In this document: positions 22,652 to 30,244 of the stretch, piece after piece
Numbering within the stretch: position 1 is the stretch's first letter
Layout: each line of letters starts with the position of its first letter
Virus record (IMG/VR): IMGVR_UViG_3300025297_000001
Length of the DNA: 46,126 bases
From: a virus
Reading direction: 5' to 3' (one strand)
Made by a program: the position numbers and the translations under genes
The notes under the pieces: generated by a model
What the model saw: the letters and a program-made list of their open reading frames with translations, nothing else
What the model was told of the DNA's origin: nothing
Databases searched by the model: none

Positions 22652-23137
22652 ATGCGTTTATCCATCAACGACGACTGCGACTTTGGCACAAAGGCCGAGA
22701 TCGCCACGAAACGACTGTTGGCTTTGCTCAAGGAGCACCATGATTACTCGGTGCCGTTTCAGGCCACGCGCGCCAAGCTGATTGAGATCAAGTCAGAGCC
22801 AGAAGTGGCCATTCCCATTGAGATCGGAATCCTTCCGGTCCCGACAGGGAAGCTTACAGTTGACGCGATCAAGCGCGTTGTCTGCATGCACTTCGGCATC
22901 AGCCACAACGACATGATTTCCCCGAGGCGGGATCACAAGGTCCAGCGTCCGCGCATGGTGGCGATGTACCTGGCGCGCGAGTTCACGGCACACGGGCTGC
23001 CGACGCTGGGCAAGTTCTTCCACCGCGACCACACGTCAGTCCTGCACAGCATCCGAAGGATGGATGGCATGGTCAAGGATGGTCGTGACCCGATTGTGCA
23101 GGATGCTCAGTATCTCCGGGAGGTGTTGAGCGCATGA
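22652..23137 (+). CDS. DnaA C-terminal (domain IV) DNA-binding protein
   Basis: ISPRRDHKVQRPRMVAMYLAREFT...LPTLGKFFHRDHTSVLHSIRRM matches the DnaA domain IV signature. No AAA+ domain is present. Confidence 0.8.
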   Translation: MRLSINDDCDFGTKAEIATKRLLALLKEHHDYSVPFQATRAKLIEIKSEPEVAIPIEIGILPVPTGKLTVDAIKRVVCMHFGISHNDMISPRRDHKVQRPRMVAMYLAREFTAHGLPTLGKFFHRDHTSVLHSIRRMDGMVKDGRDPIVQDAQYLREVLSA

Positions 23138-23313
23138 TGGAAGATTTGGTTATCGATCGCAGTCCGGAGCAGAAGCGCATCCGCATGGAGAAGCTTCGGG
23201 TCGAGCTTGCAGAGCTTGGCTATTCCGTCGTGACGACTGCATGGCTGCACAAGATGATGGCCATCGTGGACTTCTACACGGAAGGCAAGCCGCAGTTGGA
23301 GGCCGCCGAATGA
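23134..23313 (+). CDS. small hypothetical protein (59 aa, below cut-off)
   Basis: ATGA overlaps at both ends. MMEDLVIDRSPEQKRIRMEKLRVELAELGY... Confidence 0.5.
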   Translation: MMEDLVIDRSPEQKRIRMEKLRVELAELGYSVVTTAWLHKMMAIVDFYTEGKPQLEAAE

Positions 23314-23444
23314 AGATCCGCACCATCATCAACCGGCGCAAGAAGGCGCTTAAGACTGCGAGTCCGAGGCGCCGGGACAAGCTTCGGCATGAGCTGCGTG
23401 TGGCCCAAGTGGCGGCCCTGCTCCGCAAGGAGTGCGCGGCTTGA
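23310..23444 (+). CDS. small basic protein (44 aa)
   Basis: ATGA-coupled. MKIRTIINRRKKALKTASPRRRDKLRHELR... Confidence 0.4.
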   Translation: MKIRTIINRRKKALKTASPRRRDKLRHELRVAQVAALLRKECAA

Positions 23445-23881
23445 AACGCCCTGAGCAAGAAATTCACAAGGCTGTTGTCGCGCATCTCAATGCGAGAGCG
23501 GAGCCGGACGTGTTCTATTTCCACCCAGCCAATGGAGGGAAGCGGACAGCATTCGAGGGGCGGCTATTCAAGGCGCTGGGCGTCGTTGCCGGCGTTCCTG
23601 ATTTGATATTTCTCAAGCGGGGCCGGATGTACGCCTTGGAGTTAAAGGCTGCCAAGGGCCGCCCCACTGCCTTGCAGAGCGAGTGCCATGAGGCAATGCG
23701 CCGTTGCGGGGCCGTTGTTGAGGTCGCCCACTCGTTGGACGAGGCGCTGGTGACCCTCGAATATTACAACATCTTAAAGCGTTCTGTTGCGTCTGCGTCA
23801 AATCCAACAGCAGGGGAAGAAAATGACAGAGACGGGTCACAACAGCAACGCTCAACTGAAGGCTATCGTGGAGCGTATTGA
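23441..23881 (+). CDS. VRR-NUC (PD-(D/E)xK) nuclease
   Basis: GVPDLIFLKRGRMYALELKAAKGRPTALQ motif. TTGA overlap start; an alternative GTG start is at 23432. Confidence 0.75.
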   Translation: MKRPEQEIHKAVVAHLNARAEPDVFYFHPANGGKRTAFEGRLFKALGVVAGVPDLIFLKRGRMYALELKAAKGRPTALQSECHEAMRRCGAVVEVAHSLDEALVTLEYYNILKRSVASASNPTAGEENDRDGSQQQRSTEGYRGAY

Positions 23882-24071
23882 GAGCGTCAACGAGCAGATC
23901 AAGGGGCTCACTGACGACCGCGGCGACATTTTTTCGGAAGCCAAGGGCAATGGCTTCGACACTAAGGCGCTACGCAAAATAATCGCGTTGCGGAAGCTTA
24001 GTTCCGAAGATCGGGCCGCTCAGGATCAGATCCTGGAAACCTACATGCACGCATTGGGGATGCTCGCTTGA
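23823..24071 (+). CDS. DUF2312 / GapR-like nucleoid-associated protein homolog
   Basis: QLKAIVERIESVNEQIKGLTDDRGDIFSEAKGNGFDTKALRKIIALRK...YMHALGM is the DUF2312 pattern. Confidence 0.85.
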   Translation: MTETGHNSNAQLKAIVERIESVNEQIKGLTDDRGDIFSEAKGNGFDTKALRKIIALRKLSSEDRAAQDQILETYMHALGMLA

Positions 24072-25066
24072 AGCCAGCCGGGAATCCCTGGATGAAGTTT
24101 TATCCCGCCGATTGGAGGGCGGACGCAATGTTGCGCCTGTGCTCCATCGGTGCGCGCGGGCTATGGGCCGAGATGATGTGCATCATGCACGCGGCGGATA
24201 ATTACGGATCGCTGCTCGTCAACGGTAAGCGCATAGACAAAAAGCAGCTCGCCGGCCTCGCTGGAATCTCCGAAAAAGAGTGCATTTTTCTTCTTTTGGA
24301 GCTGGAAACAAACGGGGTTTTTAGCAGGGACGAAGACGGAACGATCTATTCACGTCGTATGCGACGCGACCACGCTAAGGCTATCAAAGATAAGGAGAAT
24401 GGCAAGAAAGGTGGCAACCCAACGGTTAAGGGTGGGGTTAACCCCCAGGATAACCCAACGGATAACGGGGGGGATAAAGCCCAGAAGCCAGAAGCCAGAA
24501 GCCAGAGGCTAGACAAGAAAGATACGCGCGAAGACGCGCTTTCGTATGATTTCGAGTTCGCTGGTTTTTGGGAGGCTTGGCCGAACAAGGTTGGCAAGCC
24601 TGCTGCCTTAAAAGCCTTCGTTGCTGCCAGAAAGCGCGCCGGCCTCGATGCCATTGTTGAGGGGGTGTTCGCATACATCCGCGAAAAGCCGCCCGACCGG
24701 GCTTGGCTCAATCCCGCAACCTTCCTCAACCAAAACCGCTGGGAAGACCAGCCTGCACAGGTGGCAAATGGACGATCAGGAACATCGGTTCAAGAAGCTA
24801 AATCTCTCAGTCACATCGCCCGAAGACATGCGGAACAAGGAATTAGCTTTGGAGAACGCCCGCCTTCTCCGAGTGCACGCCTCAACGCGAGCGTCCCTGA
24901 TGTTCGGCTGCTATCGCAAAGCGGAGGCGAGCGACCCGGAGATCTATGCGGCGGCGACGGCATCGGTATTGAGCGAGTACCCGCCGGAGGTGATCGACTA
25001 CATCACGGACCCGAGGACGGGCCTGCCGAGCAAATCACAGTGGCTGCCCAGCGTATTCGAGGTTAG
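24068..25066 (+). CDS. DUF1376 (YdaU-like) replication-associated protein; 3' 300 nt probably read-through
   Basis: WMKFYPADWRADAMLRLCSIGARGLWAEMMC is the DUF1376 signature. The last roughly 100 aa are R/G/P/S-rich and overlap a better ORF. Confidence 0.7.
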   Translation: MKPAGNPWMKFYPADWRADAMLRLCSIGARGLWAEMMCIMHAADNYGSLLVNGKRIDKKQLAGLAGISEKECIFLLLELETNGVFSRDEDGTIYSRRMRRDHAKAIKDKENGKKGGNPTVKGGVNPQDNPTDNGGDKAQKPEARSQRLDKKDTREDALSYDFEFAGFWEAWPNKVGKPAALKAFVAARKRAGLDAIVEGVFAYIREKPPDRAWLNPATFLNQNRWEDQPAQVANGRSGTSVQEAKSLSHIARRHAEQGISFGERPPSPSARLNASVPDVRLLSQSGGERPGDLCGGDGIGIERVPAGGDRLHHGPEDGPAEQITVAAQRIRG

Positions 25067-25145
25067 GCGGGCCTGCGAGGAACACCAGGATTACCTGCGT
25101 AAGGTTGAGTTGGTGCGTGCGAAACGAGCGGCGCAGGGCCGATAA
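24768..25145 (+). CDS. hypothetical protein (125 aa)
   Basis: Internal Met of ORF 24621..25145, with a protein-like sequence from MDDQEHRFKKL onward. Confidence 0.6.
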   Translation: MDDQEHRFKKLNLSVTSPEDMRNKELALENARLLRVHASTRASLMFGCYRKAEASDPEIYAAATASVLSEYPPEVIDYITDPRTGLPSKSQWLPSVFEVRRACEEHQDYLRKVELVRAKRAAQGR

Positions 25146-25168
25146 CAGTATCACACCGGGGCATCACA

Positions 25169-25723
25169 GTGGCACGAACCAAGCGCAGGCAGCCTTACGA
25201 CCCATCCAAGGCACACGATCGACGCGCGTCAGATTCCAATCGCGGCGTAGAGAATTACCTGACACCAAAAGAGGTGGATGACCCATACGAGGCGGGGGGA
25301 AAGATCATCGTCATGCGCTCAACTCGGGACGATCCTTTGGCAGACCTCCATGCTCGCCACATGATCGACGAAGCGCAGTACCAGGCGGGGCGGGAGTTTC
25401 AGAGCGACTTTGAGACCGCCGAGAGAGGGCCGAGGGCGATTGATCCGTCAAAGGAAGCCGTGGATGGGGGCGTGATGCCGGAGCCTATCACGGAGGCCCA
25501 GAGGCGGGCTGCAAGGCAATTGGCGATTGTATATCGGGCGCTTGGTCAGGATGGCGCGGCGCTGACGCACGACGTTTTGGTTCACAGCAAGACGCGGGCG
25601 CAGATTGCGCAGTCGAGAGGGCTGACCGGGAAGAGGTGGGAGGAATACTACGGGATGCGGTTTCGTGAGTGTTTGGATTGCTTAGCGCTGGTTTATGGCT
25701 TTGCGATGGAGAAGGGGCGATGA
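25169..25723 (+). CDS. hypothetical protein, candidate late-gene regulator
   Basis: 184-aa ORF (GTG start), the last long gene apart from the HNH before the late-operon terminator. The regulatory role is a positional inference only. Confidence 0.6.
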   Translation: MARTKRRQPYDPSKAHDRRASDSNRGVENYLTPKEVDDPYEAGGKIIVMRSTRDDPLADLHARHMIDEAQYQAGREFQSDFETAERGPRAIDPSKEAVDGGVMPEPITEAQRRAARQLAIVYRALGQDGAALTHDVLVHSKTRAQIAQSRGLTGKRWEEYYGMRFRECLDCLALVYGFAMEKGR

Positions 25724-26058
25724 GCAAGAAAAATCGCCGCAACAGCATCGAAAGGCGCAGGCGCAGGGTTTATTTGCATGAGCATCAGGGGGATAAATGC
25801 TTTTGGTGCCATGAACTGGTCCCGTTCGAGGCGTCAACCGTTGATGAATTGATGCCGCGCGCTCACGGCGGATCTACTGCGTGGCGCAACATCGTTATGG
25901 CGTGTCGCACATGCAACGTGCGTCGTAGTGACACGATTGCTCCATCTTGGGCTTTTGAGGCGGCCGCAAGCCGGGAAGACGCGCGGTCCTCATACAGGAA
26001 GGATCAACGTTTCAAGCCGCCACAAGCGGCTGTACCCCCAACCGGTATAGGGTATTGA
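25720..26058 (+). CDS. HNH endonuclease (packaging-associated type)
   Basis: CFWCH...MPRAHGG...NIVMACRTCN. ATGA-coupled; located upstream of the terminase region. Confidence 0.8.
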   Translation: MSKKNRRNSIERRRRRVYLHEHQGDKCFWCHELVPFEASTVDELMPRAHGGSTAWRNIVMACRTCNVRRSDTIAPSWAFEAAASREDARSSYRKDQRFKPPQAAVPPTGIGY

Positions 26059-26130
26059 CACCGGGAGTAACTAGGTGTACCAAAGCCACCATCCGAGTGA
26101 TTTGCCATCAGCACGTAGATCACAAGATAG

Positions 26131-26162
26131 CCCGCGCCGGGAAACTGGTCGCGGGTTTTTCT
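26131..26162 (+). terminator. strong rho-independent terminator
   Basis: CCCGCGCCGG-GAAA-CTGGTCGCGGG stem followed by TTTTT. Confidence 0.7.
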
Positions 26163-26356
26163 ATTTCCGAGTTCGGGCACCCTCAAGCAAACCGATAGAG
26201 CGCATCCCCCTGCTGACGCGGCCGACTTACGTGCCGAGGCTCTCGACATGCTGAGTGGTGCCCGAAACCCTAATCCCGTGGCGTAAAAAGCTATACGCGG
26301 CCGTTGCGCGCGCCTCGGCCATTGGATGCGGGAGTCGCGCCCCGTCGGGAAAGCGA

Positions 26357-26560
26357 ATGTCCGCAACCGTGATCTACGCTGATTTCGCCACCAAGACCTG
26401 GCATCGGCCTGAGACTTTGGAAGAGATGGCGTTAGCGATGGTAGAGCAGTTCAACCGTATGGCGGAATCTGGAACTGAAGTGGTTTGCGAGATGGTGCCT
26501 TACCATGGTGCCGGGATAGATGGGATTCCGTATCAAGCGCCAGAGAATGACGCTGGTTGA
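26357..26560 (+). CDS. hypothetical protein (67 aa)
   Basis: Internal Met of ORF 26255..26560; first ORF after the terminator. Confidence 0.45.
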   Translation: MSATVIYADFATKTWHRPETLEEMALAMVEQFNRMAESGTEVVCEMVPYHGAGIDGIPYQAPENDAG

Positions 26561-26820
26561 GTTTGGGGACAATGACCAGCGGAGCAAGTTGATCCGCCAC
26601 GACTGGTGATCAGACAGTGGGTTTTGTGGTACAAAAAGTTCTGACTGCGGCGTGGAAGGACACGCACGACGGTAGGGTACTGGTACTGAGGCAAAAGGAG
26701 CCGCCCGCCTCACTCTCGCAAGAGATGCCGAAAGGGGCCGCAAGGGTACAAGTCAGCTCACAAAACGAGCCGCCCGTGAGCAGCCGGTATCAAGCCCGGC
26801 CAGTCAGGCAGGAGAATGTG

Positions 26821-26973
26821 ATGAACCAAGTAGAGATCGAGACCAAGGCCGTGATCGCTCAATACGCCAATCTATTGGCCATTGTTGGCGTTCCGGGGGC
26901 CCGGCAGCCGTCAAAGGCGACCATGGCAGTTTATGTTGATCGGCTGAAGGAATTGGTTGAGCGGCTTCCCTAG
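26821..26973 (+). CDS. small hypothetical protein (50 aa)
   Basis: AGGAGAATGTG RBS then ATG 26821. Confidence 0.45.
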   Translation: MNQVEIETKAVIAQYANLLAIVGVPGARQPSKATMAVYVDRLKELVERLP

Positions 26974-27256
26974 ACCAATGACGCTGGTTAGTGACAATGA
27001 CCTTGCATGGCTTGCAGCTAACCTTGCAGTGGCCCTCAACGACATCAGGTGTCAAGAACGCATGAGCATCAACGCGATCAGGCAGGCGCTAAGACATCTT
27101 CCGGGCGGGAAAGATGCGACTATGCGCTACGGGCTGGGAGGAAGAACCCAGATCTTCCAAATCGGGGACGAAGAGGTCGAGGTAGGTCCAGAGGCCACGG
27201 CATCGGACATTGAAGCGGCGCTTGAGCGTAAAAAAAAAATTCAGAGCATCCCATAG
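26957..27256 (+). CDS. hypothetical protein ending at an A10 tract
   Basis: TTG 26957 with a GAAGGA RBS; an alternative ATG is at 26978. The C-terminus ERKKKIQSIP is encoded across the A10 run. Confidence 0.6.
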   Translation: MSGFPRPMTLVSDNDLAWLAANLAVALNDIRCQERMSINAIRQALRHLPGGKDATMRYGLGGRTQIFQIGDEEVEVGPEATASDIEAALERKKKIQSIP

Positions 27257-27279
27257 CGGTCATTGAAGAGATATCAGGC

Positions 27280-27504
27280 ATGAGCGTTTCAGGATACGAG
27301 CCAGGATCGATCAGGGCGCGTCTGGATGCGTTAAAAAAGCAAGGCAAGGATCGGCGGGATGCTGCCATTGCCAAGCTGGACGAGGCCGGCAAGAAGCATG
27401 AGGCCGTATCTGAAGAGATCGAGCGCGTTGCGAGCCAGATCGAGAAAGAGGCTGACGACGCGATTGCTGAGTTCAGCGAGTTTACGAATGGGGGTCCACA
27501 ATGA
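27280..27504 (+). CDS. coiled-coil small protein (possibly also made as a -1 fusion with 26957..27256)
   Basis: 74-aa charged helical ORF. Its frame is open back to the A10 tract. Confidence 0.6.
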   Translation: MSVSGYEPGSIRARLDALKKQGKDRRDAAIAKLDEAGKKHEAVSEEIERVASQIEKEADDAIAEFSEFTNGGPQ

Positions 27505-27701
27505 GCGCAGCTGACAGGGCGGCGTTCATGCAGTTCAAGGATGGCGATGTTGTTTCATTGCTGTCTGGTGGGCCCTTAATGACGGTCGAGATGACCCGCG
27601 AAGATGGCTTTATTCCGGCTATATGGTTCGTTGAGGGCGTGGTTCACAGGGATTGCTTTGATCCCGCCATGCTCCAAAAGTGGGTGAAGTTCGAGCCATG
27701 A
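27501..27701 (+). CDS. DUF2158 (YodC-like) small protein
   Basis: FKDGDVVSLLSGGPLMTV motif. Confidence 0.7.
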   Translation: MSAADRAAFMQFKDGDVVSLLSGGPLMTVEMTREDGFIPAIWFVEGVVHRDCFDPAMLQKWVKFEP

Positions 27702-27970
27702 ACATAGCAGACGACAGTGAATCCATCCGCAAGCGCATGGAAGAAATAGAGCAGGAGCGGGTAAAGCAGATCATGGGCGTGCCGATTGAGGAGCCAAAGG
27801 CTGTGGAAGCGCCGAAGGATGTTGACTGGGCGAGTGCGTATGGATCGCCATCAGCCTATCAAGATTTGTACCGCCATCTGATGTCAATGGAGGCGGATAG
27901 CTGGCACCTTGCTTCGATACCCAAATTCATTGCCCTGACCGAAGAAAAGCTAAAGCTTACAAAAACGTAA
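27698..27970 (+). CDS. hypothetical protein
   Basis: ATGA-coupled; 90 aa. Confidence 0.6.
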   Translation: MNIADDSESIRKRMEEIEQERVKQIMGVPIEEPKAVEAPKDVDWASAYGSPSAYQDLYRHLMSMEADSWHLASIPKFIALTEEKLKLTKT

Positions 27971-27982
27971 CCTGAATGCAAC

Positions 27983-28249
27983 ATGCCGTTTGAAGCCGGA
28001 AACCAAGAGGGCAAAAAGGCCAATCACAAGAAGCCCCGCATCATCACTCAGAAGCTCATTGCAAGACTTCAGGATGCCGATGGGGCTGCGCTGGATCGCA
28101 TGTTGGCTGCAATCATTGCCAAGGCCCAGGAAGGCGACGTGCCGGCGTTCAGAGAGATCATGGACCGCGTGGAAGGCAAGGCGCCGCAGCCCGTCGAGAA
28201 CGGGGAAGAGGGCGACTTCAAGATCAGTGTTACGTGGCTGAAGTCGTAA
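27983..28249 (+). CDS. putative terminase small subunit
   Basis: 88 aa with a basic N-terminus (MPFEAGNQEGKKANHKKPR). It overlaps the TerL start. Assignment is mainly positional. Confidence 0.5.
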   Translation: MPFEAGNQEGKKANHKKPRIITQKLIARLQDADGAALDRMLAAIIAKAQEGDVPAFREIMDRVEGKAPQPVENGEEGDFKISVTWLKS

Positions 28250-29532
28250 TACCCTATTGCCCGCGGCCGCAGTTCATACCCTACCACGAGCGCACCGAGC
28301 GCTTTGCCAAGATCGTAGCCCATCGGCGCTTTGGTAAAACAGTCGGCTGCATCAACGACAAGATCAAGGCGGCGCTGAGCAACCCGAGGCAATATCCGCC
28401 TCCCAGGTATGCCTATGTTGCCCCGACCTACACGCAGGCCAAGGACATAGCCTGGTCTTACCTGAAGCACTACAGCGCGCCCATACCGGGCATTAAGACA
28501 TCGGAATCGGAGCTTTGGGTTGAATATCCTAATAGCGCTCGAATCCGGCTCTACGGGGCCGACAATTACGATCGAATGCGCGGGCTCTACCATGATGGCG
28601 TCACTATCGACGAGCCTGCACAAATGGACCCGAGAGCGTGGCCTGAGGTTATCAGACCTACGCTTTCAGATTATAGCGGATGGGGAACGTTCATTGGTAC
28701 TCCAGCCGGTCGAGATTGGTTCTACAAAATCGACCTCGCCGAAGATGGAACGCCCGCATCAGACTTCTTCCGCCTCACGCTCAAGGCCAGCGAAACCGGG
28801 ATCATCAAGCCCGAGGAGCTGGAAAGTCTCAAGTCGGGCCTGACACAAGACCAATACGAGCGCGAGTTCGAGTGTTCGTTCGACGCCGCCATTGTCGGCG
28901 CCTACTTTGCCCAGATGATGGCCAAGGCTCGAGCGCAGGGCAGGATTGGCCGGGTATCTGCGGATCCGTTATTGCCACTGCGAGCGTTCCACGACATCGG
29001 CGGTTCAGGTGGACTGGCCGACGCTTACACCATCTGGATTGTCCAGTGGGTGCAGCAGGAGATCAGGGTTCTCGACTATTACGAGAGCGTTGGCCAGGTG
29101 CTTGCCTACCACGTCAATTGGATGCGTGAGCGTGGCTACGAGAAGGCCATCAATTATCTGCCGCACGATGGCGCGCATCACGACAAGATCACAGGCAAGC
29201 GATACGAGGACCATTGGCGGGATGCCGGGTTCCAGGTCGAACCTTCAGTGCAGAATCAAGGCAAGGGCGCGGCAATGATCCGCGTTGAGGCCCTGCGCAG
29301 GCATGGTGACAAGATTTGGTGGAACGAGGCGACCACGGAAGCCGGGCGCAACGCCATCGTTCACTATCAGGAAAAGCGAGACGAAGAACGCAATGTTGGA
29401 CTTGGGCCTTTGCACAATTGGGCGAGCCATGCGGCGGATTCGTTGGGCATGATGGCCTGCTGCTATGTCGAGCCGTCCGGCTATGCGAAGTTCAACCGGC
29501 CGCTGATCTACGCTAACGCAGGCGTCGCCTGA
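28234..29532 (+). CDS. terL: terminase large subunit
   Basis: Walker A-like VAHRRFGKT. 432 aa, immediately upstream of the portal. Confidence 0.9.
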   Translation: MAEVVIPYCPRPQFIPYHERTERFAKIVAHRRFGKTVGCINDKIKAALSNPRQYPPPRYAYVAPTYTQAKDIAWSYLKHYSAPIPGIKTSESELWVEYPNSARIRLYGADNYDRMRGLYHDGVTIDEPAQMDPRAWPEVIRPTLSDYSGWGTFIGTPAGRDWFYKIDLAEDGTPASDFFRLTLKASETGIIKPEELESLKSGLTQDQYEREFECSFDAAIVGAYFAQMMAKARAQGRIGRVSADPLLPLRAFHDIGGSGGLADAYTIWIVQWVQQEIRVLDYYESVGQVLAYHVNWMRERGYEKAINYLPHDGAHHDKITGKRYEDHWRDAGFQVEPSVQNQGKGAAMIRVEALRRHGDKIWWNEATTEAGRNAIVHYQEKRDEERNVGLGPLHNWASHAADSLGMMACCYVEPSGYAKFNRPLIYANAGVA

Positions 29533-29672
29533 TGTACGTATACCTCGCGGAGAAGAATGACCTGCCATACCCGATTATTTTACCCTATGTCATCAGCTTG
29601 GGCATCCTGATCATGCATAGCGCGGCATTGATGCCGGGCCGCGAGTGGCGGCTAGAGACGCTGGGCCTCTAA
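29532..29672 (+). CDS. possible 46-aa protein between terminase and portal
   Basis: TGATG and TAATG overlaps with both neighbours. Hydrophobic core PYVISLGILIMHSAAL. Confidence 0.3.
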   Translation: MYVYLAEKNDLPYPIILPYVISLGILIMHSAALMPGREWRLETLGL

Positions 29673-30244
29673 TGCCCAAGATGGACACGATCTCGCTCAA
29701 GGCCCTTCTTCAGGGGCAGAAGGCTGCGGCGCTGTCGGCGAACAATGCCGCTGAGCTGTCTGCCGAGCGCGAAAAAGCCATGGATTACTACCTCGGTCGG
29801 ATGACCGATCTGCCGGCTCAGGATGGCCGCTCGAGCGCTGTTTCGTCTGACGTGGCGGATACCATTGAAGGCCTGATGCCCTCGCTGATGGACATCTTTG
29901 CGGGCTCTGATGAGGTTGTGCGGTTTGACCCGGTCGGACCTGAGGACGAAGAGGCTGCACAGCAAGAGACCGACTACGTGAACCACGTGTTCATGCAGCA
30001 AAACCCCGGCTTCATGACGCTTTATTCGTTCGTGAAGGACGCGCTTCTGCAAAAGGTCGGCATCGTCAAGGTGTGGTGGGAAGAGAGCGACCAGGAGGAG
30101 CGGGAGACGTATTACGGCCTGACCGACGTTCAGTACATGGCGATGCTGCAGGCGGTCGAGATGTCTGACGGGGCCATGAAGATCGTCGAGCACACGCAGA
30201 ACGGCGAAGAGGCTGAAGAGCCCGCCGAAGAGGCCGCCTACTGA
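29672..30244 (+). CDS. portal protein, N-terminal fragment
   Basis: EREKAMDYYLGRM...GRSSAVSSDVADTIEGLMPSLMDIF...LLQKVGIVKVWW is a typical portal N-terminus. It ends in an acidic loop at TGA 30242-30244. Confidence 0.8.
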   Translation: MPKMDTISLKALLQGQKAAALSANNAAELSAEREKAMDYYLGRMTDLPAQDGRSSAVSSDVADTIEGLMPSLMDIFAGSDEVVRFDPVGPEDEEAAQQETDYVNHVFMQQNPGFMTLYSFVKDALLQKVGIVKVWWEESDQEERETYYGLTDVQYMAMLQAVEMSDGAMKIVEHTQNGEEAEEPAEEAAY

